From the NCBI GenBank assembly GCA_963664225.1, contig OY760937.1, forward strand, positions 5,152,001 to 5,216,000: a DNA stretch of 64,000 nucleotides. Reading direction: 5' to 3'. A program made the translations under genes and the position numbers. This stretch comes from Verrucomicrobiia bacterium (GTDB taxonomy: Bacteria > Verrucomicrobiota > Verrucomicrobiia > Limisphaerales > UBA1319). The notes under the pieces were generated by a model. It was not told the origin of the DNA. It worked only from the letters and a program-made list of their open reading frames with translations, and did no database searches. Shown here piece by piece: positions 21,016-31,612 of this stretch (position 1 is its first letter; each line of letters begins with the position of its first letter).

Positions 21016-22452
21016 TTGAAATTGAACAGGATGGGCATGATTAATAAAAGACGTTTCATGTTGCTGCAGCGCAATTGTCTGCTTCAGGCAGGAGCATTCT
21101 TTTTGTGGCTCACGATTTCCGCCGCCACGGCTGCAAGTTCATTGGTATGGAGCAACACCCAAAAACGTGTCGATGCCGATATCAACGGCTGGAGCCTTGA
21201 GCACGTATTGGAGCAGATCGCGGGAGCGACCGGCTGGCAGGTTTTTGTGGAACCGGACTCAGGCAAAACCGTTTCGCTCAAGTTTCGCAATTTGCCTGTG
21301 GATGAAGCGATGAGCAGGCTTTTGGAGGGCATGAATTTCGCGCTGCTGCCTCAAACCAATGCCAGTTCCAAGCTGTTCGTTTTTAGCAAATCCATTAACG
21401 AAGCCACGCTCAGGGTGAAGCCCGCGGAAAATGCCAGCTTCAAACCATCTGGCACCAACGCCATTCCCAACGAATTGATCGTCACGCTCAAGCCGGGATC
21501 CAAGCAGTCGATTGACGAATTGGCCCGTTTGTTGGGCGCAAAGGTCACGGGTCGGATCGACGAACTGGGCGCCTATAAGCTGCAGTTCAACAGCGAAGCC
21601 GATGCCACGGCCGCGCGCAGATTGCTCGCAGGCAATCCCGATGTTTCTGGCGTGGAATCCAATTACTCCATTGCACGGCCCACTCGCGCCGATGCCCTTT
21701 CGATGAGCGGATCGCTTGCCGGGAATTTGCAGCCAGCCAAGTCTGGGAACCAGTTTATCATTGGAATCGTGGATACCGGGATTCAAGCCCAGGAACCGAG
21801 CATCAGCAAGTTTCTGCTGCCCGGAGTCTCTTTGGCGGGGGATACGACGCTGCCCACGGATACCCCTACGCACGCGACCATGATGGCTGAGACGATCTTG
21901 AACGGAATATCGCAAATCATGGGCGGTTCCGGTGGCGAGGTGCCGGTGAAAATTTACAGCGTGAATGTTTTCGGCAACAACGAATCGACCACGACTTTCG
22001 ATGTTGCCAATGGGATTCTTGCTGCGTTGAGGGCGGGTGCCAGTGTCATTAATGTCAGTCTGGCGGGTCCTGGAGACAGCCCGGTGCTGCAAAGGGTGAC
22101 GGATATGGTTCATCAGCAGGGCGGATTGGTGGTTGCCGCCGCTGGAAATGACCCGACCGGCCAACCGGTGTATCCCGGGGCGGATCCGAACGTACTGGCG
22201 GTTACCGCTGGCGATCGGAATGGAAATCTGGCGTCTTACGCGAATTGGGCCCCTTTTGTGGATATCATTGCCCCCGGCAACAACATTGTGAGCTTCGACA
22301 ACAAACATTATCTGGTGTCCGGCACCTCGGTTTCCACAGCCTATGTGAGCGGTTATGCCGCGGGATTGACTTTTAAGAACGGATCTTCGCTTGCTTCCGC
22401 CGTGACTGAAATCAAGAGTCGCTTGTCAACGGCTGCGAAAAGCTCATTTTAA
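21016..22452 (+). CDS. S8 (subtilisin-like) serine peptidase with N-terminal STN-like domain
   Basis: IVDTG (Asp), THATMMA (His), AAAGND (oxyanion Asn), SGTSVS (Ser); signal peptide. Start may be ATG 21031/21037/21058. Confidence 0.85.
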   Translation: MKLNRMGMINKRRFMLLQRNCLLQAGAFFLWLTISAATAASSLVWSNTQKRVDADINGWSLEHVLEQIAGATGWQVFVEPDSGKTVSLKFRNLPVDEAMSRLLEGMNFALLPQTNASSKLFVFSKSINEATLRVKPAENASFKPSGTNAIPNELIVTLKPGSKQSIDELARLLGAKVTGRIDELGAYKLQFNSEADATAARRLLAGNPDVSGVESNYSIARPTRADALSMSGSLAGNLQPAKSGNQFIIGIVDTGIQAQEPSISKFLLPGVSLAGDTTLPTDTPTHATMMAETILNGISQIMGGSGGEVPVKIYSVNVFGNNESTTTFDVANGILAALRAGASVINVSLAGPGDSPVLQRVTDMVHQQGGLVVAAAGNDPTGQPVYPGADPNVLAVTAGDRNGNLASYANWAPFVDIIAPGNNIVSFDNKHYLVSGTSVSTAYVSGYAAGLTFKNGSSLASAVTEIKSRLSTAAKSSF

Positions 22453-24465
22453 TCAAATCTTGGGCGTGGGTTGGCCGACTGTAGGTTGATGCAGCACCCG
22501 ATGAAGCGCTTCCAGCAGGGGGGCGGTGGAGAATGGCTTTGCCAGGGAAATCCCAACGCCAAGATCCTTGGCTTCAATGGCTTTAGTTTTTGAGACGGCA
22601 CCGCTTATGGTGATAACCTTGATTTCCGGGCGAATCTGTCGCAAAGCACGGATGGTTGCGATGCCGTCCATCATTGGCATGGCCAAATCAGTTAATACCA
22701 CTTGAATTTCCGCCTGGTGTTGTGAAAATATTTTGAGGGCCTCAATTCCATCATTGGCAGTGACAACTCGATAATTAAATTGCTGGAGTGTTTCCCGCGT
22801 GATGTCACGGACCAGAGGTTCGTCTTCGACCAGCAGGATCAATTCATTGGAACCATGCGGTAATAGATCCCCAACCGTGTGTTTATCGATGGGGGTTTGA
22901 CTGGGAATAGAGTCGGGCATGGCGGGCAAATACACACGCATGCTGGATCCCTGGCCGGGCTTGCTGTCCACCTGGATAAAACCCGCGTGATTTTTAATCA
23001 GACCAAGAGAACTGCTTAAACCCAGGCCGCTGCCCTGGCCGATGCTTTTGGTGGTAAAGAACGGGTCGAATATTTTGTCCTGGATTTCCGGCGCCATCCC
23101 GATGCCGGTATCGGCTACCTCGATCATCACATACGATCCGACACGGGCTTCGGGATTTACCTGGACGAATTTCTCGTCCAATTCAACATTCGCGGTTTTG
23201 ATGGAGAGTACTCCGCCTTGAAGCATGGCATCGCGGGCATTGTCGCATATGCTGGTAAGAATCTGTTGAAGATGGCTGGCATTTCCATAGAAAGGCCAAA
23301 GATCTTCGTTGATGGCGGTTTGTATCTTTATGTTTTCGGGGAAAGTTTCCCGGATCAGGATGATGACGTTCTCCACCACATGACGTGTTTGAATAAGGGC
23401 GTAATCCATTTCCGCCCCTTTGCTGAATGTGAGCATCTGGCGAATCACATCTGCGCTGCGCCGCACACTGGTTTCGATTTGATTCAAAAGATGTTCCCTG
23501 GCTGCGTCATTGGTGGACTCGTGTCGGAGGAGGTCCACACCTATGGCGATGGGCGCCAGGGCGTTGTTGAGGTCATGAGCGATACCGCCAGTCAGGGTGC
23601 TGATGCTCTCCAGCCGTCGGGCGCGTTGATACCGGGCCTGAGCCATTTTATGCTCGGTCAAATCTGTGTTAATAACGAGAATGGATTTTGCGGTGCCACT
23701 GCTGTCACGAATCAATGTCCAGCGGCTGTAAACATATAGGTCGCGCCCGTTTCTGCTGTTCAGGCGCAATTCGCCGGCCCATTGACTGGTTTGCAAAACC
23801 TGGCCATGAAGACTGGCCAGATGCGGAATTTCGTCCGGGTGATACATTTGTTCCACGCCAGCGCTGGACGCTTCGCCGACAGTCCATCCAAACATGCGCT
23901 GCGCGCCAATGTTCCAATAGCTGAGCCGCGAATCCAATTCGCGCACATAAATCGCATCGGGCACCAGGTCGAGCAGGGCGGCCTGCTCGCGGATGCGGTC
24001 TTCGGCTTGAATACGCTCGACCATTTGGTTGCGGAGTTTCAGATTCGCGTTTGCCAGGTCGGCGGTGCGCTCGTTGACGCGGGTTTCGAGAGCATCACGA
24101 CCCTGCTGTAAATCGGCTTCCACCTGATGCCGCACTTTGATTTCATCCCGGAGACGATTGTTTGCGGACTCCAGTTCGCTGGTTCGGGTGTCTATTTCAT
24201 TTTGGATTTCTCTGCGCTGATGGCGCAATTGGATGGCGTAAAGGGTCAGGATGAGGGTCCATATGAGGCCCACGACAAACAGGAGCCAGACCGGAAGTTC
24301 GGAAGCGGTGGCGCTGAAAAACGCCGCTAAAAAACTGGAGGCAGCGAAATACGGTTCCGCCCAAGTGTTGTAGGAAATCCCGAAAACACTGGCGGCGATC
24401 AGAATAAACCCGGCTATTCGGCTCCCGGGTCCGAAGTCTCCGGCGTGATTCTTCGAATTCTTCAT
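22453..24465 (-). CDS. Hybrid sensor histidine kinase (TM-PAS-HisKA-HATPase-REC)
   Basis: H-box AHDLNN, DTGIGM, FDPFFTTK, GSGLGL, REC VED...TDLAMP...KP. Confidence 0.93.
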   Translation of the reverse strand: MKNSKNHAGDFGPGSRIAGFILIAASVFGISYNTWAEPYFAASSFLAAFFSATASELPVWLLFVVGLIWTLILTLYAIQLRHQRREIQNEIDTRTSELESANNRLRDEIKVRHQVEADLQQGRDALETRVNERTADLANANLKLRNQMVERIQAEDRIREQAALLDLVPDAIYVRELDSRLSYWNIGAQRMFGWTVGEASSAGVEQMYHPDEIPHLASLHGQVLQTSQWAGELRLNSRNGRDLYVYSRWTLIRDSSGTAKSILVINTDLTEHKMAQARYQRARRLESISTLTGGIAHDLNNALAPIAIGVDLLRHESTNDAAREHLLNQIETSVRRSADVIRQMLTFSKGAEMDYALIQTRHVVENVIILIRETFPENIKIQTAINEDLWPFYGNASHLQQILTSICDNARDAMLQGGVLSIKTANVELDEKFVQVNPEARVGSYVMIEVADTGIGMAPEIQDKIFDPFFTTKSIGQGSGLGLSSSLGLIKNHAGFIQVDSKPGQGSSMRVYLPAMPDSIPSQTPIDKHTVGDLLPHGSNELILLVEDEPLVRDITRETLQQFNYRVVTANDGIEALKIFSQHQAEIQVVLTDLAMPMMDGIATIRALRQIRPEIKVITISGAVSKTKAIEAKDLGVGISLAKPFSTAPLLEALHRVLHQPTVGQPTPKI

Positions 24466-24647
24466 GAATAATGAGCGTGCCGAACCGAAGCCGTAATGCC
24501 TGTTGATTCAAAATTCAGAATGCTGGCACCGGGCGGGCAAGGCCGCTCCCTGTAAGCTCATCCAAAACGAGCCTTGTCATTTTTATATATCAATGGATGT
24601 CAACTCCGCAAGATAAACTGTAGAACTTATGCGTGGCGTGTCAGGCA

Positions 24648-25346
24648 TTAACGCAGAGATCGGCCATAGTGTCGCAACCAATTTTCGGCCTCCAGATAAT
24701 GGGGATCCATGGTTTCGACAAGCCGCCAGTAGGCGGCGGAGTGGTTCATTTGACTGAAATGAGCCAGTTCGTGAACGATGAGGTAATCCCGCACGGATGG
24801 CGGCATCTGAATCAGACGCCAATTGAGGCTGACTGTGCCGCGTGACGAGCAGGAACCCCAGCGCGAACGTTGGTTGCGCACGCAGATCCGGCGCAGGGGG
24901 GCTTGGTGCAGCCTGGCCAGCTCGAAAGCGCGGACCGCGATCTCCCTTTTTGCAAGACGCCAGAGATGGGTTTCAATGATTGTCCGAAAATCCTGCAGGT
25001 CCACTGGGGCGCTCAAATGTTGATCGGCAAACTTTATAATCTGACCCTCGAGGGTTGCCTCACAACAAACATGCTCTGGCAAACCCCGAAAAAGAATCTC
25101 AGTTCCCTGCCGCCAGCCGGTGAATGCGGCCATCTGTGTGAGACGCTGCTCGCGTTGGCGCAGGATCCAATCCTTCTTGCGTTGCGCAAAGGCCATGGCC
25201 TCGGAGCGATTGCCTCCGCGCGGAATGGTCACATGCAGCGTCCCGTCCGCTTTTACCCTGAGTATGTAACGCCTGGCCCGCGCGTTGTGGCGCAGTATTG
25301 TGGGCACATTCTCAAGAGCGAATGGTTGCAGCAGAGCTTCAACCAT
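24648..25346 (-). CDS. M48 / YgjP (DUF45)-like metallopeptidase-family protein
   Basis: RWGSCS, LNWRL, HELAH, NHS motifs. Confidence 0.88.
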   Translation of the reverse strand: MVEALLQPFALENVPTILRHNARARRYILRVKADGTLHVTIPRGGNRSEAMAFAQRKKDWILRQREQRLTQMAAFTGWRQGTEILFRGLPEHVCCEATLEGQIIKFADQHLSAPVDLQDFRTIIETHLWRLAKREIAVRAFELARLHQAPLRRICVRNQRSRWGSCSSRGTVSLNWRLIQMPPSVRDYLIVHELAHFSQMNHSAAYWRLVETMDPHYLEAENWLRHYGRSLR

Positions 25347-25348
25347 GA

Positions 25349-25852
25349 CTAAGGGGTCTGGATCATCACCCCCGCTTCGCCTTTCGCTGTCTGCGCCTTG
25401 CGAAAATTTTCCCAGGCTGTGCGAAATTCCGGGTATTTATTTCCAAGAATGGCGGTGGCCAGAAGGGCGGCGTTTATGGCACCTGGTTTGCCTATGGCCA
25501 GCGTGCCCACCGGAACCCCGCCAGGCATCTGTACCATCGACAATAAACTATCCATTCCATGCAGGGATTTCGTTTCCATCGGCACGCCAAGAACGGGAAG
25601 CAGGGTCTTTGCCGCAGTCACCCCGGCCAGATGCGCGGCACCTCCTGCTGCGGCGATGATTACCTCCAAACCGCGTTCTGCTGCGCCGGAAGCATAACTG
25701 AACAGCAGGTCGGGCGTTCGGTGTGCGGAGATGATGCGCACCTCATGGGGGACACCCAGTTGCTCGAGTTGCCGGGCTGTGAATTGCATGATTTCCCAGT
25801 CCGATTGACTGCCCATGATGACGCCAACCAGGGGTTTCTTGATATCTGCCAT
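25349..25852 (-). CDS. purE: N5-CAIR mutase PurE
   Basis: MGSQSD, SAHRTP, AGGAAHL, SMVQMPGGVPV. Start set at MADIKK. Confidence 0.97.
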   Translation of the reverse strand: MADIKKPLVGVIMGSQSDWEIMQFTARQLEQLGVPHEVRIISAHRTPDLLFSYASGAAERGLEVIIAAAGGAAHLAGVTAAKTLLPVLGVPMETKSLHGMDSLLSMVQMPGGVPVGTLAIGKPGAINAALLATAILGNKYPEFRTAWENFRKAQTAKGEAGVMIQTP

Positions 25853-26125
25853 AGTTTTGCAGTGTGATATACATTTCAAACCGGCTTCTGGCAACCGTGG
25901 AACTTTTTTTGCGACCGATATTTTTGGGTCATCGCGGGTCGTTCGTGGCGAAGTGCAGCGAGGCAATGAGTCGCAATGGATTGACGGCGGAATATTATTA
26001 ATTGTGGAAGAAATGGGGGCTGTGAGGATAGACTGTATTCACCTGCGTCAAAGCTTACCATTGACAATGAATTGCCTGCTTATTTACTTGCGTGCTGTCT
26101 CCAATATCATAGCCTTTTATCAATT

Positions 26126-27166
26126 ATGGCGGCCATAACAAAAACCAAGAAACGCCTTTCTGCCACTGGCAAGACAGCAAAAAAACCGATAAAGGCCCAA
26201 AAGCAGGAAGCCGTGGACGAAAAAACCACGAAGTCCAAAGCTGACGAGTCTTTCGAGGCTGAAGCTGCGTCCATTGCTCCGGTTCGGGCTGCCCATGTGG
26301 AAAGAACCGTCCCGGCCGAGGAAAAAGAGGAGCGCACCTCTTACGATGCCGATACCGCCATCAAACTTTATTTGCGGGAGATCGGCCAGGTCAAATTGCT
26401 CACACCTGCCGAGGAGGTGGAGTTGGCGGCCAGGATTAAAAAAGGGGACAAAAAGGCTCGCGAGCAGATGATCAAGGCGAACCTGCGTCTTGTCGTCAAA
26501 ATCGCGCATGACTACGAGGGCCTTGGATTACCGCTGCTGGATTTGATCAGTGAGGGAAATATCGGGTTGATGAAGGCGGTCGAGCGGTTTGATCCGGCCA
26601 AAGGCGGAAAACTCTCCACTTACGGTGCCTGGTGGATCAAGCAATCGATCAAACGGGCTCTTGCCAACCAATCCAAAACCATCCGCCTGCCGGTGCATTT
26701 GGTGGACAAAATTTCAAAGATGCGCCGTCTTTCGTTAAAGCTTCAGGAAGAGTTGGGACGTGAGCCTACCGATGAAGAGTTGGCTGAAGAATTGGGCATG
26801 ACCGCCAGCCGGGTGACCCAGTTGCGGACGGCTGCAATTCGTCCGGCCTCGTTGGACGCGCCCATTGGGGACGACGAGTCGAATAATTTTGCCGAGATCG
26901 TCCAGGACGAGAACGCGGAAACGCCTTATCAGGAGTTGGAGGACAAGACAGTCACCAAAATGTTGCAGGAAATGGTCAAAACTCTCGATCCGCGTGAGGC
27001 CACCATTTTGCGTTATCGTTTTGGATTGGATGGCGGCACTGAAAAGACCCTCGAGGAAGTGGGCGCCAAATTCGGCGTAACTCGCGAGCGTGTGCGGCAG
27101 ATTCAAAATATTGCACTGACCAAACTGCGCAAAATGATCCAGAAACTGGAGGTTGTTCGCAAATGA
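26126..27166 (+). CDS. RNA polymerase sigma70 factor, RpoD/SigA family
   Basis: Region 1.2 LYLREIG; ANLRLVV, DLISEGNIGL, YGAWWIKQ, TIRLPVH, TLEEVG..VTRERVRQI. Confidence 0.95.
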   Translation: MAAITKTKKRLSATGKTAKKPIKAQKQEAVDEKTTKSKADESFEAEAASIAPVRAAHVERTVPAEEKEERTSYDADTAIKLYLREIGQVKLLTPAEEVELAARIKKGDKKAREQMIKANLRLVVKIAHDYEGLGLPLLDLISEGNIGLMKAVERFDPAKGGKLSTYGAWWIKQSIKRALANQSKTIRLPVHLVDKISKMRRLSLKLQEELGREPTDEELAEELGMTASRVTQLRTAAIRPASLDAPIGDDESNNFAEIVQDENAETPYQELEDKTVTKMLQEMVKTLDPREATILRYRFGLDGGTEKTLEEVGAKFGVTRERVRQIQNIALTKLRKMIQKLEVVRK

Positions 27167-27699
27167 TACCCGGAAAAGTCACAGTCGAGGAGTTGGCGCA
27201 GGCGGTGCGGAATATCCCTGACTTTCCCACACCGGGAATTCAGTTTAAGGACATCACCCCCATTTTGGGCGATGCCCGGTTGTTTGCGGGCTGCATCGAT
27301 TTGCTTGTTGGGAATTATAAACCAGGCATGGTCGATGTCGTCGCGGGCATTGACGCACGCGGTTTTATTTTTGCCGGCGCCGCCGCCATCAAGTTGAATG
27401 CGGCTTTCGTGCCGATTCGCAAGAAAGGCAAATTACCCTTTCAGACATTCGAGCAAAGCTACAGCCTTGAATACGGGACAAGCACGGTCGCCATTCATAC
27501 CGATGCGGTCCAACCGGGGGCGCGGGTGCTTTTGGTGGATGACCTCCTGGCTACGGGAGGCACTGCCGCTGCTGCCGCTCAACTGCTTAATAAGTGCGGG
27601 GCGAACATTCTCGAAATGTGCTTTGCGATCGAACTGAAATTTTTGGATGGGCGAAAACGCCTTTCCGGCGTTCCTGTTCGCTCCCTGGTGCAATACTAA
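27163..27699 (+). CDS. apt: Adenine phosphoribosyltransferase
   Basis: PDFP..GIQFKDIT, DARGF, RKKGKLP, VDDLLATGGT; ATGA overlap with the sigma gene. Confidence 0.96.
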   Translation: MIPGKVTVEELAQAVRNIPDFPTPGIQFKDITPILGDARLFAGCIDLLVGNYKPGMVDVVAGIDARGFIFAGAAAIKLNAAFVPIRKKGKLPFQTFEQSYSLEYGTSTVAIHTDAVQPGARVLLVDDLLATGGTAAAAAQLLNKCGANILEMCFAIELKFLDGRKRLSGVPVRSLVQY

Positions 27700-27767
27700 T
27701 GGAGCGACCAGCCCTGTTCGCATTACGGTGCATGTTGCAAGGCCCCATATCCTGAGACCTTCAGACG

Positions 27768-29927
27768 ATGTCTTTTTTATCCGCCATCGATGTTAGCCTC
27801 TTTCGTTGGATCAACCAGGGGTTGACCAATCCCATATTCGATTGGCTGATGCCCATTCTGAGCGGTAATTCGTTCTTCAACGCGGCGGTTGCGATTCTGG
27901 TTTTGGCGCTATTGGTCAAGGGCGGGGCGCGAGGACGCATCTTCGTAATCACCATTCTCTTTTCATTGGTCGTGGCGGACGGTCTTCTGAGCCACACCAT
28001 CAAAGATCTCGTGGCGCGTCCCCGGCCCTTTCTGACCTTGACCGACACGCGGCTGCTGGTGGGGCGGGGGGGGAGCTTTAGCATGCCATCGTCGCACGCG
28101 GCGAATTGGTTTGCCGCTCTGATGGTCACTTTTGTGTTTTATCGAAAAGCCGTGTGGGTCGTGGCGCCGCTGGCTGTGGGAGTCTCTTTTTCGCGGGTGT
28201 ACAATGGAGTGCATTATCCCAGCGATGTTCTGGTTGGAGCCATAATGGGCGCGGGCGCGGGCGCGGCCGTCATTTGGACGATGCAAATGGCATGGCGCAC
28301 CGTTGGTCGTCGTCTGTGGCCGCTGTGGTGGGAAAAACTCCCGGTGCTTTGTCAGGCGCCTGGCGGACGCCAAAAGCAAGCTTCGCAGCCCATGCCAGCC
28401 AGTGACGATGCGGCTCGTCTTGACCGCCATTGGCTCAATCTAGGGTATGTCCTTATACTGGTGGTGCTAGCGGCCCGCTGGATCTATCTGGCAGGGGGCA
28501 GCATCGATTTAAGCGAGGACGAGGCGTATCAATGGCTGTGGTCCAAACATCCCGCCCTTTCTTATTACAGCAAGCCGCCATTGATCGCCTACACACAACT
28601 TGCGGGCACTTCGATTTGGGGGGACACGGAATTTGGCGTTCGTTTTTTTTCGCCGCTCATCACGGCGGGACTATCCTTGATTCTGCTCCGTTTCATGGCT
28701 CAGTTGGCCAGCGCACGGTTGGGGCTCTGCCTGGTTTTGGCGGCCACCGCGACGCCTCTATTTGCGGTGGGGGGCGTCTTGATGACCATCGATCCACTGT
28801 CCGTTTTGTTTTGGACCGCAGCCATGATCAGCGGATGGCGGGCGGTGCGTGAGGATTCCACACGCTGGTGGCTCTGGACCGGTCTATGGATGGGGCTGGG
28901 TTTCCTGAGTAAATATACCTCCCTGTTCCAATGGTTATGCTGGGCTGTTTATTTTGTCCTGTCACCGGCCGGGCGCCGGCAATTGAAGCGCCCCGGATTG
29001 TACCTCGCTCTGGGAATCAATTTGCTTCTGGCGACCCCAGTGCTCCTGTGGAATGCCCAGCATGATTGGATCACGGTCTTTCATGTGGCGTCGGATGGCG
29101 GCCTTCAAAAAGAATTCCAGCCTACCTTGCGTTACATTCGTGAATTCATCCCCATCGAAATCTTTCTCCTCAACCCGGTCTTCTCGCTGGCCACCTTGTG
29201 GGCCTTAGTGGCGTTCTGGCGGCAAAAACCAAGGGATGAGCGTCTGGTCTATTTGTTCTGCATGGGCGCCCCGGAACTCATTAGTTACACGCTGCTTTCG
29301 ATTCATTCGCGGGTTTTGCCCAACTGGATTGTTCCGGCAGTCGTTCCGTTATTCGCCTGTGCCGCCCTTTATTGGGATAAAAAGTGGCGCGACGGATTCA
29401 GACCCGCCCGGACCGGGCTGTTGGCGGGATTGTTTATCGGCGTTCTGGCGGTGGTCCTGATGCACAATCCAAACATTGTCACCAAAGTCACGCACTACCA
29501 GATTCCGCCCCGTTTCAATCCCCTGCGTCGTGTGCAAGGTTGGAAGGAAACCGCCTCCATGGTGGGAGAGGCCCGCAATCACCTGCTCCAGGAGGGCAAG
29601 CCTGTTTTCATTGTGGGGGATCACTATGGCATCACAAGCCAGATTACATTTTATCTGCCCGAGGCCAGGGCCTGTGTCAGACAAATTCCGTTGGCCTATT
29701 ATCAAACGTCCGCCCATCCTGAAAATCAGTTCTTTTTCTGGCCCGGCTACAAAGATCGCAAGGGCCAGAACGCCATTTATGTCAGGATTACTGAGGAACC
29801 GGGGGCTGCGCCGGAGAGGTTGGCGAAGGAATTTGCGTCGGTGACGGACTTGGGAATCCACGAGGTGCTTTTCAAGGGGAATGTCTGGCGGCACCTGCAA
29901 CTTTTCGAGTGCCGTGATCTGCATTAA
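27768..29927 (+). CDS. PAP2 phosphatase fused to ArnT/PMT_2-like (GT-C) glycosyltransferase
   Basis: PAP2 motifs KxxxxRPRP, PSSH, SRVYNGVHYPSD; GT-C motif DEAYQWLWS..YYSKPP, many TM segments. Confidence 0.88.
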   Translation: MSFLSAIDVSLFRWINQGLTNPIFDWLMPILSGNSFFNAAVAILVLALLVKGGARGRIFVITILFSLVVADGLLSHTIKDLVARPRPFLTLTDTRLLVGRGGSFSMPSSHAANWFAALMVTFVFYRKAVWVVAPLAVGVSFSRVYNGVHYPSDVLVGAIMGAGAGAAVIWTMQMAWRTVGRRLWPLWWEKLPVLCQAPGGRQKQASQPMPASDDAARLDRHWLNLGYVLILVVLAARWIYLAGGSIDLSEDEAYQWLWSKHPALSYYSKPPLIAYTQLAGTSIWGDTEFGVRFFSPLITAGLSLILLRFMAQLASARLGLCLVLAATATPLFAVGGVLMTIDPLSVLFWTAAMISGWRAVREDSTRWWLWTGLWMGLGFLSKYTSLFQWLCWAVYFVLSPAGRRQLKRPGLYLALGINLLLATPVLLWNAQHDWITVFHVASDGGLQKEFQPTLRYIREFIPIEIFLLNPVFSLATLWALVAFWRQKPRDERLVYLFCMGAPELISYTLLSIHSRVLPNWIVPAVVPLFACAALYWDKKWRDGFRPARTGLLAGLFIGVLAVVLMHNPNIVTKVTHYQIPPRFNPLRRVQGWKETASMVGEARNHLLQEGKPVFIVGDHYGITSQITFYLPEARACVRQIPLAYYQTSAHPENQFFFWPGYKDRKGQNAIYVRITEEPGAAPERLAKEFASVTDLGIHEVLFKGNVWRHLQLFECRDLH

Positions 29928-30798
29928 CGCGCCTGGAGCCGGGCTTCGGAGCCAATGGAAGGTGGCGGATTACGACCTGAACGCCACCATCGAGTCGGGG
30001 CAGGCTTTTCGATGGAAACCCCACGAGGCCGGATGGGTCGGCGTGGTCGATGGCCGCTGGGTCCGTTTGAAAACCAGCCACGGACGCATCGAAGCAGAAG
30101 TCGCTCTTCCCTGTGGTAACTGGCGATGGCTTGAGGAATATCTCCAACTGGATGTGGATTATGCCCAGGTGATCCGCAGTCTGCCCGGAGACGAGCCGAT
30201 GCGGCGCGCCGTTGAATGCTGCCACGGGCTGCGACTCTTGCGGCAGGATCCGTGGGAATGCCTGGCCTCGTTCATTCTTTCGTCCACCAAGCAAATCGTC
30301 CAAATCCAACAAGTCATTGAGTTGTTGTGTCAACGGTATGGCGCGCCAATTCCAGTGCCTGCGGGCTGGCCGAAGGTGAACGCTTTTCCCACAGCCGAGC
30401 GATTGGCGGCTGTTTCCGAGGCGGATTTGCGATCCTGCAAAATGGGCTTTCGCGCTCCGTACTTGCGGGAGGCCGCGCGTCAAATCGCTTGTGGCAGCCT
30501 GGATCTGGGTGCGTTGACCGGGCTGCCCATGATTGAAGCGCGTAATCGATTGATGGAATTGCCGGGGGTTGGCAGAAAAATTGCCGATTGCGCGCTGCTT
30601 TTTTCATTGGGTTTCGCGCAGGCTTTTCCGGTGGACGTCTGGATTCAGAAGGCCTTGCAGGAATGTTATTTTTCCAAACGGCAAAAAATTCCGCTCGCCC
30701 GGATGCACGCGCTCGTGGAGACTCAGTTCGGACCGTGGGCCGGTTACGCGCAACAATACTTGTTCCATTATTTCAGGGTGATTCAACGTAACCATTGA
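29881..30798 (+). CDS. ogg: 8-oxoguanine DNA glycosylase (Ogg1-like, HhH-GPD)
   Basis: SGQAFRW, QDPWE, LPGVGRKIADC, FPVDVW, AGYAQQYLF. Start uncertain (GTG 29914/29962 possible). Confidence 0.88.
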   Translation: MSGGTCNFSSAVICINAPGAGLRSQWKVADYDLNATIESGQAFRWKPHEAGWVGVVDGRWVRLKTSHGRIEAEVALPCGNWRWLEEYLQLDVDYAQVIRSLPGDEPMRRAVECCHGLRLLRQDPWECLASFILSSTKQIVQIQQVIELLCQRYGAPIPVPAGWPKVNAFPTAERLAAVSEADLRSCKMGFRAPYLREAARQIACGSLDLGALTGLPMIEARNRLMELPGVGRKIADCALLFSLGFAQAFPVDVWIQKALQECYFSKRQKIPLARMHALVETQFGPWAGYAQQYLFHYFRVIQRNH

Positions 30799-30825
30799 TC
30801 GAACGACCGCCTGTCTCTTGGATTT

Positions 30826-31578
30826 ATGAATGCAACACTTCAAGTTCTTTTCAGCCCGGCGGAGTTCGCCGCGCTTTCAAGCTGGGAATTGTCCCGCACC
30901 ACCTGCGTGGTCTTCGATGTGCTCCGGGCAACCAGTTCGATGACAACGGCACTGGTCAACGGCGCAACCGCTGTTTACCCGGTGGCGGAAATCGGGGAGG
31001 CGCTGGCTATTCGGCGGGACCACCCTCAATCCCTGCTTGCGGGGGAACGAAACGGTTTGCGCATTCGCGCTGAACAAAGCGGCGGCATCGATTTTGATCT
31101 GGGGAACTCACCGCGTGAATTCACCCGGGAACGCGTGGCTGGACAAGCCATTGCCATGACCACAACCAATGGCACGCGGGCGCTGCGTGCGTGTCGCCAC
31201 GCAAAAGCGGTGCTGGCCGGAAGTTTTCTGAACCTCGGCGCCACTGTGGAGTGGATCAGGAGAAATTCCGTGGAGAACCTTTTGCTGGTTTGCGGTGGGA
31301 CTTTTGAAGAGGCTTCCTTTGAAGATGCGTTGGCGGCCGGAGCGGTGTGCGATCTGGTTTGGTCTGAATTCGAGCGCGCGTCTGATTCAGCCCAGATGGC
31401 ACGTCTGCTTTACCAGGACTCCGCCGCCGACCTGATGCGGGCCATGCAACATGCGCGCAACGGCAGGCGTTTACTGGAAAATCCGGAATTGCGGGACGAT
31501 GTTGCTTTTTGCATGCGCGTCAATGCCATGAACGTCGCCGCAGTGCTGCAAGAAAACGGAGCGTTGATACGCGGGTAA
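30826..31578 (+). CDS. comB: 2-phosphosulfolactate phosphatase family (ComB)
   Basis: DVLRATS, LAGER, LGNSP, TTTNGT, EDALAAG. Confidence 0.9.
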   Translation: MNATLQVLFSPAEFAALSSWELSRTTCVVFDVLRATSSMTTALVNGATAVYPVAEIGEALAIRRDHPQSLLAGERNGLRIRAEQSGGIDFDLGNSPREFTRERVAGQAIAMTTTNGTRALRACRHAKAVLAGSFLNLGATVEWIRRNSVENLLLVCGGTFEEASFEDALAAGAVCDLVWSEFERASDSAQMARLLYQDSAADLMRAMQHARNGRRLLENPELRDDVAFCMRVNAMNVAAVLQENGALIRG

Positions 31579-31612
31579 ATGGGCCAGTCGTGGACTTACA
31601 CGCCGCGGAATG

